Shown here one piece after another: positions 1-9,665 of a stretch of DNA of 64,000 nt. The position numbers were made by a program, and so were the translations under genes. The notes beneath the pieces were generated by a model that was not told where the DNA came from, made no database searches, and saw only the letters and a program-made list of their open reading frames with translations. The DNA is from an uncultured archaeon (lineage in GTDB: Archaea > Asgardarchaeota > Thorarchaeia > Thorarchaeales > Thorarchaeaceae), in assembly GCA_964473825.1 (NCBI GenBank), contig CAYYQL010000004.1:1-64000 (forward strand). Direction: 5' to 3'. Every line of letters begins with the position of its first letter. Within the stretch, counting starts at the first letter, position 1.

Positions 1-57
1 GACGAGAGCGAGGAAGAACGTCGGCGGAGAGCACGAAGGCTATTCTTTGGAGCCTGA
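1..57 (+). CDS. 3' end of an upstream CDS (partial)
   Basis: Frame 1 reads DESEEERRRRARRLFFGA-stop; the start lies outside the window. Confidence 0.6.
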   Translation, partial: DESEEERRRRARRLFFGA

Positions 58-181
58 ATGACCTCAGATTATCGCACGATTGTGAGCCTGCGGATCCGGG
101 GAAGCAAAAACCCGAGTAAGATCTATCAAACCCAATCAGTCGGGTCGCCGGATTGATTCCCCTATTCGAAGGAGGTCATTC
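56..181 (-). ncRNA. Candidate structured non-coding RNA (~126 nt)
   Basis: Perfect 10-bp terminal inverted repeat GAATGACCTC (56-65)/GAGGTCATTC (172-181). Internal GGGGAA/TTCCCC helix and further hairpins. Minus-strand TATA-like TTTAAG at 211-206, about 25 nt upstream of 181. Confidence 0.35.
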
Positions 182-205
182 GTGGCCTTCGTATCTTACG
201 TCTGA

Positions 206-212
206 CTTAAAG
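206..212. promoter_or_regulatory. Putative bidirectional TATA box (CTTAAAG)
   Basis: About 25 nt from both the ATG at 236 (leaderless spacing) and the end of the inverted-repeat element at 181. Confidence 0.35.
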
Positions 213-235
213 GCTCGGCTCCAAGATTACGTCTT

Positions 236-1075
236 ATGAAAACATCTGTTGAAGTCGCCATCGGTGTGAGGAGAACTCCGTGGGAGACCCTTCGCGCCGC
301 TCTTTCCAGACTCTCATCGCCAATTCGCCTTGATGCTCCACTTAGTCAGGTATTGATCAAACCGTCCATTTATGCCCCGTCGCTACCCGGCAACACATCC
401 CTAGAGATGGCAATGGCTGTTGCTCGAATGTTCAAGCATGCAGCCAATGTATCCATAATCGAGAGTGATAACCCGAAACGAACGGCTGAGGATGCCTTCA
501 AACAGATGCAGTATACACAGCTTCAGCTTGAGGGCTTTAGATTGGTGAATCTATCCCACCTCGATACAGTTCCTGCAACATTCTATGGTCATGCCTTTTT
601 CGAGAAATCCATCCCTGATATTCTTGCTCTCAACCCCTTCATTGTCAATGTTTCGACTGCCAAGACCGACTCCTCAATCGGGCTTGGTGCATCGATAAAG
701 AACCTATTTGGACTTCTTCCTGAGCAGGATAAATCGAAGTATCATGAGTGCCTGACCGAGGTGCTTCTCGATCTGCTTGTCGCTTTCAGGCCGGCTCTGA
801 CGATTGTCGACTTGACAGATGTAGTCGTGGGGGACCGTGTTGATCGAAATGAAGTGCACGTCGGTGGTGTCATTGTGGGAGAAGACCCCGTGGCAGTTGA
901 CGCTTTCTGTGCAGGGCTATTTGGACTAGATCCCATGGATGTGCCCTATATCCGAAGGGCTCATGAAGAGGGGCTGGGTGAGGCTATGCCCGATCGGATA
1001 AGAGTGCTAGGCACCGAAAACCAGAAAAAAATACTGTTTGAGAGCTTTTCAGAGCACGTACGCATCCACAAGTAA
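236..1075 (+). CDS. DUF362 domain-containing protein
   Basis: VLIKP, SIKNLFG and DPVAVD motifs and the terminal GLG segment are typical of DUF362. Confidence 0.8.
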   Translation: MKTSVEVAIGVRRTPWETLRAALSRLSSPIRLDAPLSQVLIKPSIYAPSLPGNTSLEMAMAVARMFKHAANVSIIESDNPKRTAEDAFKQMQYTQLQLEGFRLVNLSHLDTVPATFYGHAFFEKSIPDILALNPFIVNVSTAKTDSSIGLGASIKNLFGLLPEQDKSKYHECLTEVLLDLLVAFRPALTIVDLTDVVVGDRVDRNEVHVGGVIVGEDPVAVDAFCAGLFGLDPMDVPYIRRAHEEGLGEAMPDRIRVLGTENQKKILFESFSEHVRIHK

Positions 1076-1150
1076 TATAACGGTTCTTCATAGGGCTGTT
1101 ATGCTGACAATGGTATTCCTCCCGCTTGTCAGTAATGCGGTGAGAAGCCG

Positions 1151-2356
1151 ATGGATTGGACCTCGCATCATATGCAAAGAATCCCCGCATCGGGAACCCT
1201 GCGGATGTTTGAGCTAGCATCTCGCTTAGAGGCAGAGGGCCGAAGAATCTACCATTTTGAAGTTGGCCAGCCCGATTTTCCTACTCCTGAGAATATCACC
1301 AATGCTGCAATTGGTGCTTTGAAAGCGGGGGTCACGAAATACGTTTCCTCGCGTGGCATACCTCCCTTACTGGATGCCATATCTGATTTGTATGCTGAGA
1401 GGGGAATCGGTATTGCTGGACGAAAGAACGTTATTGTGACACCGGGGGCCAAGATGGCCCTTTTCATGGGTATACTCTCAGCCATCGATGCTGGTGATGA
1501 CGTAATCATGCTGACTCCTGCATGGCCAAGCTATCGAGTTATGATACGCAATGCCGGCGGAAGTCCTATCGACGTAACTACAGACTCCCGTTATACATTC
1601 AATGTTGAATCACTGAAGGAGAAGATAACACCAGACTGTAGGGGTCTGGTTATCAATAGCCCAAACAACCCCACTGGTGGTGTTCTGAGTCGCCATGATC
1701 TACGAGCAATCCACGAGCTTGCCTGCGACCACGATTTTGTCGTGTTCAGTGATGAGATATACGAGAGTCTGATCTACGAGGAAACTGAGAGAGTGTCCAT
1801 GTTGGAGATTGATCCAGCCATGGAACGCACCCTTGTGGTCAACGGCTTTTCCAAGACATACTCGATGACTGGGTGGCGATTGGGTTATGCGGTGGGAAAT
1901 TCGGAAACAATCGACAATATGGTTCGAATCCAACAGAATACGACCTCATGTGCAACCTCATTTGTGCAGGTTGCTGGAGTTGAGGCACTCACTGGCGACC
2001 AGAGTTCTGTCGAGATGATGCGGCAAGAATACCAGCGGAGGAGAGACCGCATGAAGAACATCTTCTGCGGTATGGGTGATGTGACCTGTGTGAATCCACG
2101 TGGGGCATTCTATGTGTTTCCTGATTTCTCAGCCTATGGAATAGGTAGTGAAGAGCTTGCCGAACGCATTCTGAGAGAGACTGGTGTTGTATGCACTCCT
2201 GGGAGAGCATTCGGGGCCGATTTCGACCATCATCTGCGGTTCACCTATGCCGCGTCGATGGAAGAGATGGAGGAGGGTCTGGCCATTCTTGAGAACTACC
2301 TCAGAACCCTCAGGAAAGGAGTTGCGGCATCTGTCATCCCGACGACCCCCTCTTGA
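1151..2356 (+). CDS. aspC: PLP-dependent aminotransferase class I/II (aspartate aminotransferase-like)
   Basis: GQPDF, NSPNNPTG, SDEIY and SKTYSMTGWRLGY motifs. Confidence 0.9.
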   Translation: MDWTSHHMQRIPASGTLRMFELASRLEAEGRRIYHFEVGQPDFPTPENITNAAIGALKAGVTKYVSSRGIPPLLDAISDLYAERGIGIAGRKNVIVTPGAKMALFMGILSAIDAGDDVIMLTPAWPSYRVMIRNAGGSPIDVTTDSRYTFNVESLKEKITPDCRGLVINSPNNPTGGVLSRHDLRAIHELACDHDFVVFSDEIYESLIYEETERVSMLEIDPAMERTLVVNGFSKTYSMTGWRLGYAVGNSETIDNMVRIQQNTTSCATSFVQVAGVEALTGDQSSVEMMRQEYQRRRDRMKNIFCGMGDVTCVNPRGAFYVFPDFSAYGIGSEELAERILRETGVVCTPGRAFGADFDHHLRFTYAASMEEMEEGLAILENYLRTLRKGVAASVIPTTPS

Positions 2357-2933
2357 TTCCAGTCTCCGTTTTGAATGCCAGCAGTGCGGTGCCTGTTGTC
2401 GAGATGAAGAGATAGTTGTGACTGTGACAGCATTCGATATCGCACAGCTTTGTCAGGGTCTGGGACTTGACACAGACGGCCTGCTTCGCGCCGTAGACTT
2501 CTATGTGCTTCCAGAAGGAAGAGAGGTTCCAGAGGGGCTTCGTGATTTTCCGGCCATCAATACAGAACAAGGTTCTGCATACATCGCACTGAAGAAACAA
2601 CCCAATGGGGACTGCATCTTCCTTGATAACAACATCTGCATGATACACCCAATTCGACCGATGGCATGTAGGGCCTTCCCATTCTATTTCTCTGTAGAAG
2701 ACAAGACACTTCATTGGGGCCTGAACGCCAAAAGTGACATTTGCCCCGGTCTGGGGACGGGGTCAAAGGTTTCTCGTGAAGAATTGGAACGATTAGGTAC
2801 AGAGATTACGACTGTACTTGGGAATCATCGGGCTGTTGTCAGGAAATGGAATCAGAGTGAAGAGGGTCCAACGGCTGCTGGCTTCATCCGCAGCATTCTC
2901 TTACTGCTACCTAACTGTTCCAGCAAGACTTAA
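2322..2933 (+). CDS. YkgJ family cysteine-cluster (CxxCxxCC) protein
   Basis: FECQQCGACC ... CIFL ... CMIHPIRPMACRAFPF ... CPGLG. The start is uncertain; the listed ORF overlaps the aminotransferase. Confidence 0.8.
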   Translation: MRHLSSRRPPLDSSLRFECQQCGACCRDEEIVVTVTAFDIAQLCQGLGLDTDGLLRAVDFYVLPEGREVPEGLRDFPAINTEQGSAYIALKKQPNGDCIFLDNNICMIHPIRPMACRAFPFYFSVEDKTLHWGLNAKSDICPGLGTGSKVSREELERLGTEITTVLGNHRAVVRKWNQSEEGPTAAGFIRSILLLLPNCSSKT

Positions 2934-2967
2934 GAAAACGGAGCATTCTCCAGATTTGGGAAACAGA

Positions 2968-3915
2968 ATGGCAAATATTCTGGTCACTGGCGGAGCTGGT
3001 TTCATTGGAAGTCATCTTGTGGACCGGCTTGTGAAGAAACACGATGTGACAGTCCTTGATGATCTGTCTGGAGGGTCCCTTGACAATATCAAGAATCACT
3101 TGGACCGACCTGGTTTTGTCTTCATTGAGGGTTCAATCTCAGATTCAGAAACGGTCGAGGAAGCAATGGGTGGTGTGGACCTGGTATTTCACCTCGCCGC
3201 TCAACCTGACGTTCGCCTCAGCGTGGAGCATCCTCTGTCGGACTTCTGGATCAACGTTGCAGGTAGCATGCAAGTACTCGAGGCAGTGCGGAAATTCGAT
3301 GTACAACGTATCCTCTTTGCATCGTCTGGTGGAACAGTCTATGGAGAGACCGCCGTCTTCCCCACCCCTGAAGACACTCCTTTCAGACCCATCAGTAACT
3401 ATGGTGCGGCCAAAGGTGCTTTTGAGATGTACCTGAATTCCTACTCGGAGCTATATGGAATCGATGCAGTAAGTCTTCGCTTCGGTAACATAATCGGTCC
3501 CCGTTCTACTCACGGAGTCATATATGACTTCTTCATGAAGTTACAGCACGACCCCTCGAGACTAGAGGTCTTAGGCGATGGAACTCAAGAGAAAGCGTAC
3601 ATGTACGTGGACGATACCATTGATGCTATGATTATGCTGGGTGAGACTGCCACGCAGGGTCATCTGCCCATCAATGTCAGTTCTGGCGAGCGTCTTAGAG
3701 TTTCACGAATTGCCGAGCTTGTGATTGATGAACTCGGATTAGATGCAGACATCCAATACACCGGTACCGAGAGAGGATGGGCTGGGGACGTTGTGATCAC
3801 TGATATAGACGTTTCACTTCTGAAGTCGATGGGCTGGGAAACCAAGACACCTCTGGAGAGAGGGGTACGAGAATACGTTCGGTGGCTTTCATCTGAGTTC
3901 GGCACGTCCACATGA
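2968..3915 (+). CDS. NAD-dependent epimerase/dehydratase (UDP-glucose 4-epimerase-like)
   Basis: ILVTGGAGFIGSHL and the YGAAK (YxxxK) motif of extended SDRs; ATG at 2968. Confidence 0.9.
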   Translation: MANILVTGGAGFIGSHLVDRLVKKHDVTVLDDLSGGSLDNIKNHLDRPGFVFIEGSISDSETVEEAMGGVDLVFHLAAQPDVRLSVEHPLSDFWINVAGSMQVLEAVRKFDVQRILFASSGGTVYGETAVFPTPEDTPFRPISNYGAAKGAFEMYLNSYSELYGIDAVSLRFGNIIGPRSTHGVIYDFFMKLQHDPSRLEVLGDGTQEKAYMYVDDTIDAMIMLGETATQGHLPINVSSGERLRVSRIAELVIDELGLDADIQYTGTERGWAGDVVITDIDVSLLKSMGWETKTPLERGVREYVRWLSSEFGTST

Positions 3916-3936
3916 GAAACATGGCCGCCGTCCAGA

Positions 3937-4812
3937 CTAGAGTCTTGATAGAATCTGGAGTATATTGCCAAAGTTGTGCTCGACTGTGCGGCTCTTCTCA
4001 GCGTAGGATTTGAGTCCCGCAAAGCGCTTGTCCTTTCTTATCAAGGCATTGAACCTATCTGATAGAATCTCCTCATGGATTCTCTCGTTGATATTTAGTA
4101 TCTCATCCGATGTCTTCAAAATGAAGGACAGCATTTTGAGAAGGAGATTGAAGTCATTGACAACGCGCAATAACAGAGTCTGGCTGTAGAACTGATACTC
4201 AAGACGAGCCAGCTTCTCTCGCATCTCGACTAACTCCAGCAACCATTGGTCAGCCTCCTCCGACCTCAGCTCATTTAGCAGATTGGAGAATCGGTTCTGC
4301 TGTTCCATCAGCTGGACCAGATATCCTCGAAGGAAGGCGAAGTGGTCAGTGTCCTCCGCGATGTCCTTCTCCTCGCCAATCATTTCTATCTGGTCATCCA
4401 TTTGGCTGTGTTTGATTGCTATCATAAGGGAGAATTTATCCACATACCTCTTGATCTCGTCAGTCTTTTCCTTCCGAGTCATTGCGTCTGCAAATGTGTC
4501 TGCAAGCGTGAGGAGGAACTTGTACAGGCATTCTGAGCATATCTCCGCGCTATCATTCAAATCTTTCGTGGAGAGGAATTGTAGGGCATCTTCTAGGTCT
4601 GAGGCTGGTACGTCCTTTCCATGAATCCGGATGACCCAGCCCTGTGAGATGCAGTATACTCTATTGTCTGGATGGTTGATATAGATCGAGCAATAGCAGA
4701 TGTCGTCTTCCTCTGCCCTTTCTTGTTCCATTCCCTCCTTGTCTGTATGAAATGCAAACAGACTGGGATGGGTTGGTATGACATTCATCTCTCTGATGAT
4801 GTCATCATTCAC
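3937..4812 (-). CDS. Hypothetical protein, paralog A of a tandem pair (Cys-conserving N-domain, helical C-terminus)
   Basis: 291-aa ORF that shares CY..I, YCxSQ, CSxCLYK and EKT...YV..F motifs with 4929-5906. Confidence 0.8.
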   Translation of the reverse strand: MNDDIIREMNVIPTHPSLFAFHTDKEGMEQERAEEDDICYCSIYINHPDNRVYCISQGWVIRIHGKDVPASDLEDALQFLSTKDLNDSAEICSECLYKFLLTLADTFADAMTRKEKTDEIKRYVDKFSLMIAIKHSQMDDQIEMIGEEKDIAEDTDHFAFLRGYLVQLMEQQNRFSNLLNELRSEEADQWLLELVEMREKLARLEYQFYSQTLLLRVVNDFNLLLKMLSFILKTSDEILNINERIHEEILSDRFNALIRKDKRFAGLKSYAEKSRTVEHNFGNILQILSRL

Positions 4813-4928
4813 ACAGAGTTTCTCGTCCCCGAAGACCTTGTAGCATGGGCACCCTCGAACCAGCCTAATGGACTCAGTCTTCTGGGGTTCATTCTCTCCT
4901 AAGACTATCGCTCTGACCTCCTCTGTGC

Positions 4929-5906
4929 CTATGGTCTTTTTACATCCAGCGTATTAGGACTTTTGCCTGTGTCTGAAAAGCCAGCTCTGGAGAGCATACT
5001 GCTCAGACCCCTTAGTTGTCGGGTGTTTCTCTCTGCCTCATCTCGCTTCTGAGAGAGCAGATAGAATGCATCACCAACGTCAAGGTTCTCATCGCTGATT
5101 GACTCTGATATCTTTCTGCAGGCCTCGTCTGCGGTAGACATCAGACTCTTTGTTATGCTGTTGAGAACATGAAGCCCCTCTACCATATCGGCAGGATCTC
5201 TGGTTTCCCAGACGTCTAGAACGTGGTAGTAGAAAACGGACTCAAGACGAACGATGCTGTTCAATACGGCAAGGACTTGCCCTCCATTGTCGGCGCCCAA
5301 GGCTCGAGCCGAGATTACCTGTTTCTCGATTCTGAGTTCTTTGATGCGTTCTTCGACTGTACTCGCACTGGGGTTGTCTGGAAACGAATTGATGTTGGTT
5401 GCTCCAGAGGCCATCATGGTTGCGAATCTCTTGACATATCCGCACAGGGCCTCAGTCTTCTCCTCATCAGAAATAATGCTGCCGAAATTGCTGCTCGTGG
5501 TCTTCAGATACTTGTAAAGGCATGTAGAGCATAGGACGCCATCATCGGTTGGCTCAGTTCTTGCCACGAACTCGAGCCCCTCCTCTATGTCTGTAGTCTT
5601 GACCGGCGTCTTGTTTATTGTTATGATACGTGACTGACTGACACAGTATGCTGTATCATCACTGTCTTCGAGATGAATCAGAAGATAGCAGGTCTCTCTA
5701 TCTTCTCCATTGCCGTCCAAGATATCTCTCAACGTATATGAGTTGATTATGAGTGAAGGGTCTACTTCTATCGATCGTATAGGGCTTATGGTGTCGCTAT
5801 TGATGCAGACCTTCTCCCTCCCGAATTCCATGTAACAGGGACATCCTCTCACTAGGCGCATCAGACCATTTTCTGACTGGACGAGCAGGGACTTGGTCGC
5901 GTTCAT
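4929..5906 (-). CDS. Hypothetical protein, paralog B of the tandem pair
   Basis: 325-aa ORF with the same motifs as 3937-4812. Confidence 0.75.
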   Translation of the reverse strand: MNATKSLLVQSENGLMRLVRGCPCYMEFGREKVCINSDTISPIRSIEVDPSLIINSYTLRDILDGNGEDRETCYLLIHLEDSDDTAYCVSQSRIITINKTPVKTTDIEEGLEFVARTEPTDDGVLCSTCLYKYLKTTSSNFGSIISDEEKTEALCGYVKRFATMMASGATNINSFPDNPSASTVEERIKELRIEKQVISARALGADNGGQVLAVLNSIVRLESVFYYHVLDVWETRDPADMVEGLHVLNSITKSLMSTADEACRKISESISDENLDVGDAFYLLSQKRDEAERNTRQLRGLSSMLSRAGFSDTGKSPNTLDVKRP

Positions 5907-6045
5907 AGCTAGGAACTCAATAGCATTCTGGCATGGGCTCTCAACTGAGATTTCTGAACCCCACCAGATATACTATGAGCTAAGATATACTATTAATATT
6001 TCCTAGTTCAGCATTCCGTAAGCTATGAATGGCCCCGGTTGACGC

Positions 6046-6186
6046 CTAGCCCCAGAGTTCTCTCTTTAGCAGATCTCTTATGGCTATCCTAATGGCCTCC
6101 GACCTGTTGGGGTAGAGGTTGCTGTCAACAAGCTTCTCTAGACCGTCAATGTACGTCTCAGGTACGTGTAGTGTCACTAGCTTCAT
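6046..6186 (-). CDS. Small ribbon-helix-helix (CopG-type) regulator, CdrS/aCcr1-like; not in the ORF track
   Basis: Manual translation MKLVTLHVPETYIDGLEKLVDSNLYPNRSEAIRIAIRDLLKRELWG (46 aa) with the PNRSEAIRxAxRD signature; AGGTGA ribosome-binding site upstream. Confidence 0.88.
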   Translation of the reverse strand: MKLVTLHVPETYIDGLEKLVDSNLYPNRSEAIRIAIRDLLKRELWG

Positions 6187-6472
6187 ATTCTCTCACCTAA
6201 TGTTCGGGGTGGCCTTCACAAGGAAGCACCATTGAGGGGTCACCCCGATACTCATCTGGGTCTTATGACAGTCATACTCCAATATGGATGCTAGTAATAC
6301 TGGGTTAACACTCGGTCTTGCTGAGAACAAAATCACGAGGTATGTACAGCCCAGATTTGTAGAAGACGGTCACCTCTTCATGCATTCAATCTTGTTTGAT
6401 TACATAGCCGTCAGGATAGAAGTTATATCTGCAATTCATTGGCACTTCGTATGTGGTATCGTTCAATAGGTT

Positions 6473-8599
6473 GTGTCGGACGTGAACAGGCAAGAAGGTA
6501 TTGATGTTTTATTCAGTCCCCGCTCGATAGCAGTGATTGGTGCATCTTCAACAAAGGGCAAGCTCGGTAATGATGTCGTCCGAAACATTATTGACAGCGG
6601 ATTTGACGGCAGGTTGTATCCTGTGAACCCAAAGGGGGGAGAGATTCTTGGTCACCAAGTGTATCGCAAGGTGGCTGATATCTCCGGTGACGTAGATGTG
6701 GCTGTAATAGTCATTCCCGCCAAGTTTGTGTTGTCTGTTATCGAGGAGTGTGGAAAGAAGGGGGTAAAGGCTCTAGTCATAATCTCAGCTGGATTCAAGG
6801 AGGTTGGCCACGAGGGACAAGAGGCAGAGAAGAAGATGGTAGAGTTGGCTGAGAAATACGGTATGGTCATTCAGGGTCCGAATTGTCTTGGGTTCATGAA
6901 TATGCATCGACCATACAATGCCTCGTTCTCCGCCGGAACCCCTCAGAAGGGGAGCATTGCGTTTGCCTCGCAGTCCGGAGCTCTTATGACAGGAATTCTC
7001 GACTGGAGCCTTATGGAGAAGATCGGGTTCTCGAAGTTTGTCAGCTTAGGTAATAAGGCCCATCTGGACGAGGCCGACTTTGTAGAGGCCTTTGGACGTG
7101 ACCCAAATTCAAGCTTCATTCTTCTCTACATCGAATCGGTTGTTGATGGAAGGAAGTTCATGGAAGCCTGTAGAAAGGTGGTTCCCAAGAAACCAATCTT
7201 TGTGGTGAAATCTGGAGTGAGCAAGGCAGGGGCGCGAGCCGCCTCGTCCCACACCGGTTCTCTGGCCGGAAGTGATACTGCCTATGCAACGGCATTTAAG
7301 CAAGTGGGAGTGAGCCGAGCAGACAGCATGTCTGAGCTCTTCGACGTTGCCAACGTGTACGATGAGATGTCTCTTCCAGCAGGAAATAGGGTTGCCATTG
7401 TGACCAATGCAGGCGGCCCAGGGATATTGACTACTGACGCGTGTGAGGCCAGTGGGTTAGAGGTTGCACAGCTCTCAGAAATCACAATCAAACATCTCAA
7501 AGAGAATCTCCCTCCTGCAGCTGCAGTGTACAATCCTATTGATGCTCTCGGGACTGCAAGTGCAGAAGACTACAAGCTCTGTGTCGAGGCAGCGCTCAGA
7601 GATGAGAACGTTGATTCAGTTATTGTTCTGCTTACACCTCAAGCTATGACTCAGGTGACTGAAACAGCTCAGGCACTGGTGGAAGCCAACCAGAAGTATC
7701 CAGACAAGCCGCTGCTTGCAGTATTCATGGGCGGGAACTCCATGGTCTATCCGCGGATAGTATTGACCGATGGAAATATTCCCGATTTCGATTTCCCGAG
7801 GAGGGCTGTCAATGCTCTTGCTGAGTTGTATCACTACACAGTGAGGCGCGATAGTCTGAAGGACGAAGCAATTCCACATTTCAAGGCCGACAAAGAGGCG
7901 GTGAGATCCGTAATTGAGAGCGTCCGCGAAGATGGACGGCGTGTTCTGCTTGGAAGCGAGGCTCATGCCATTGCTGAGGCATACGGCATCTCAGTTGCGA
8001 AGATACACCTGGCAACCAGTTCGGAAGAAGCCAAGGAGATTGCTGAGGAGTTGGGTTTCCCTGTTGTCATGAAGATTGCAAGTCCAGACATTGTACACAA
8101 GAGTGACATAGGCGGGATTCGAATTGGGCTTAAGACTCCCGAGGAGGTTGAGGATGCTTTCCGTCAGATCTTCAACAACGCCAAGTCACAACGGCCAAAG
8201 GCGATTATCTATGGAGTAGATGTACAGCAGATGGCTGAGCAGGGCAAGGAACTCATCGTTGGATGCTCTCGCGACATTCAGTTTGGACCCCTTATCATGT
8301 TTGGAGCCGGAGGAATCTTTGTGAACTATCTGAAAGATGTAGCATTCCGTCTTGCTCCTATGACTCGTAGCGATGCTGAGGAGCTAGTGGATGAGACGAA
8401 GATTGGAACTCTCCTGAAGGGTGTTCGAGGAGAGCCTCCTAGTGATCTCAAGGCTCTACATGACACGATACTGAGGATCAGTCAGATGGTGACCGATTTC
8501 GAAGAGATTGTCGAACTAGACATCAATCCTCTCTTTGGTTACGAACAAGGAAAAGGAATCTGTGCGGTTGACGTGAAGATAACAATCGGGGGCGAATGA
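6473..8599 (+). CDS. acdAB: Acetate/acyl-CoA ligase (ADP-forming), fused alpha+beta
   Basis: CoA-binding SIAVIGAS, GPNCLG, SQSGA and SHTGSLAG (phospho-His); C-terminal ATP-grasp HKSDIGG and ELDINPL. Confidence 0.9.
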   Translation: MSDVNRQEGIDVLFSPRSIAVIGASSTKGKLGNDVVRNIIDSGFDGRLYPVNPKGGEILGHQVYRKVADISGDVDVAVIVIPAKFVLSVIEECGKKGVKALVIISAGFKEVGHEGQEAEKKMVELAEKYGMVIQGPNCLGFMNMHRPYNASFSAGTPQKGSIAFASQSGALMTGILDWSLMEKIGFSKFVSLGNKAHLDEADFVEAFGRDPNSSFILLYIESVVDGRKFMEACRKVVPKKPIFVVKSGVSKAGARAASSHTGSLAGSDTAYATAFKQVGVSRADSMSELFDVANVYDEMSLPAGNRVAIVTNAGGPGILTTDACEASGLEVAQLSEITIKHLKENLPPAAAVYNPIDALGTASAEDYKLCVEAALRDENVDSVIVLLTPQAMTQVTETAQALVEANQKYPDKPLLAVFMGGNSMVYPRIVLTDGNIPDFDFPRRAVNALAELYHYTVRRDSLKDEAIPHFKADKEAVRSVIESVREDGRRVLLGSEAHAIAEAYGISVAKIHLATSSEEAKEIAEELGFPVVMKIASPDIVHKSDIGGIRIGLKTPEEVEDAFRQIFNNAKSQRPKAIIYGVDVQQMAEQGKELIVGCSRDIQFGPLIMFGAGGIFVNYLKDVAFRLAPMTRSDAEELVDETKIGTLLKGVRGEPPSDLKALHDTILRISQMVTDFEEIVELDINPLFGYEQGKGICAVDVKITIGGE

Positions 8600-8600
8600 A

Positions 8601-9665
8601 GTGGCAAAGAGCATAGTGATCAGCGGTGAAACCCTTAGCGGGAAGACTCTTGTTGCGTTGGCTGTTGCGAAGATGCTGGCTGATCAGGGGAAGAGAGTGT
8701 CATATTTCAAGCCCGCTGGCGAGAAGAGCTATCGTCTGAGTGATACAAAGCATGCTGTTGACGAAGACGCGGCTCTCATGAAAGAAGTCCTCGAAATGGA
8801 TGAAGACCTGCATTGTATCTGCCCGATTGTACGTAGCCTGTCCAGTTACGACGAGTTGCTACGAGTGGGGCATGACGAGCTATTGGAGAGAATACTGGGG
8901 TGCTACGAGAAGGTCTCCAAGAGTGCAGACTATGTCCTTGTAGAGGGAACGGCTGCCCCCTGGGATCTTCTCCACGTTGGACTCTCAACTCCCCAGATTG
9001 CCAGTAATCTAGATGCCTCAGTGGTCTGTCTTGTTCACTTCCCAGATATCAGTGCAATCGATGATGTGCTCTTGCAGCGGGACTTCTTCAGACTGCATGG
9101 CATAGAAGAGATTGGCGTAATTCTCAACATGGTCCCGCCCATGCTCAAGAATACTGTGACTGAGAAGATCAGCAGATTCATGGAAGATAGTGGTGTTCAT
9201 TTCTGCGGCGCAATATATCATCAAAAGGAGCTGTTTAGCCCTTCAGTTCGGGATATTCTTCGCGCTCTTGATGGCCAGATGATTCTGGGTGAAGACAAGC
9301 TGGACGTTCTGATTCCTGAGTTTATGGTGGGAAGCATGATTCCTGAGAATGCGTTGAAATGGTTCCGACGGGCAAAAGACAAGGCTGTTATAACCAGTGG
9401 AGATCGGGCTGACATCTGTCAGGCAGCTTTGGAGACTGATACGAACCTCCTCATTCTGACTGGTGGTCTTGGGCCTGATTTCTCTACCGTGGCTCGAGCC
9501 CGTGAGCTTGGTACACCGGTGATGATGACAGACAAGGACACCTATTCCACAGGCCAGATCGTGGATGGTCTAATAGGCTCTGTTCATCCCGCGGATAAGG
9601 AAAAGATTGCTGTAGTTCAACGGATAGTGGGTAATGCAATCGACTTCAAATGCTTCGGTATATAG
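8601..9665 (+). CDS. Phosphotransacetylase-family N-terminal protein (BioD-like AAA_26 + DRTGG), lacking the catalytic PTA domain
   Basis: SGKT P-loop, YFKP, VLVEG, and GDRAD...ILTGG (DRTGG). Confidence 0.85.
   Translation: MAKSIVISGETLSGKTLVALAVAKMLADQGKRVSYFKPAGEKSYRLSDTKHAVDEDAALMKEVLEMDEDLHCICPIVRSLSSYDELLRVGHDELLERILGCYEKVSKSADYVLVEGTAAPWDLLHVGLSTPQIASNLDASVVCLVHFPDISAIDDVLLQRDFFRLHGIEEIGVILNMVPPMLKNTVTEKISRFMEDSGVHFCGAIYHQKELFSPSVRDILRALDGQMILGEDKLDVLIPEFMVGSMIPENALKWFRRAKDKAVITSGDRADICQAALETDTNLLILTGGLGPDFSTVARARELGTPVMMTDKDTYSTGQIVDGLIGSVHPADKEKIAVVQRIVGNAIDFKCFGI

Noticed and set aside
56-181. 5S rRNA, SECIS element or MITE
   Set aside because: Size and topology are 5S-like, but the conserved 5S motifs (e.g. 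CCGAAC loop C) are absent. The ATGA is Watson-Crick paired rather than in a kink-turn core. There is no target-site duplication or second copy in the window.
6284-6469. 61-aa + strand ORF
   Set aside because: No motif or ribosome-binding site; it lies in the divergent promoter region between the RHH gene and acdAB.
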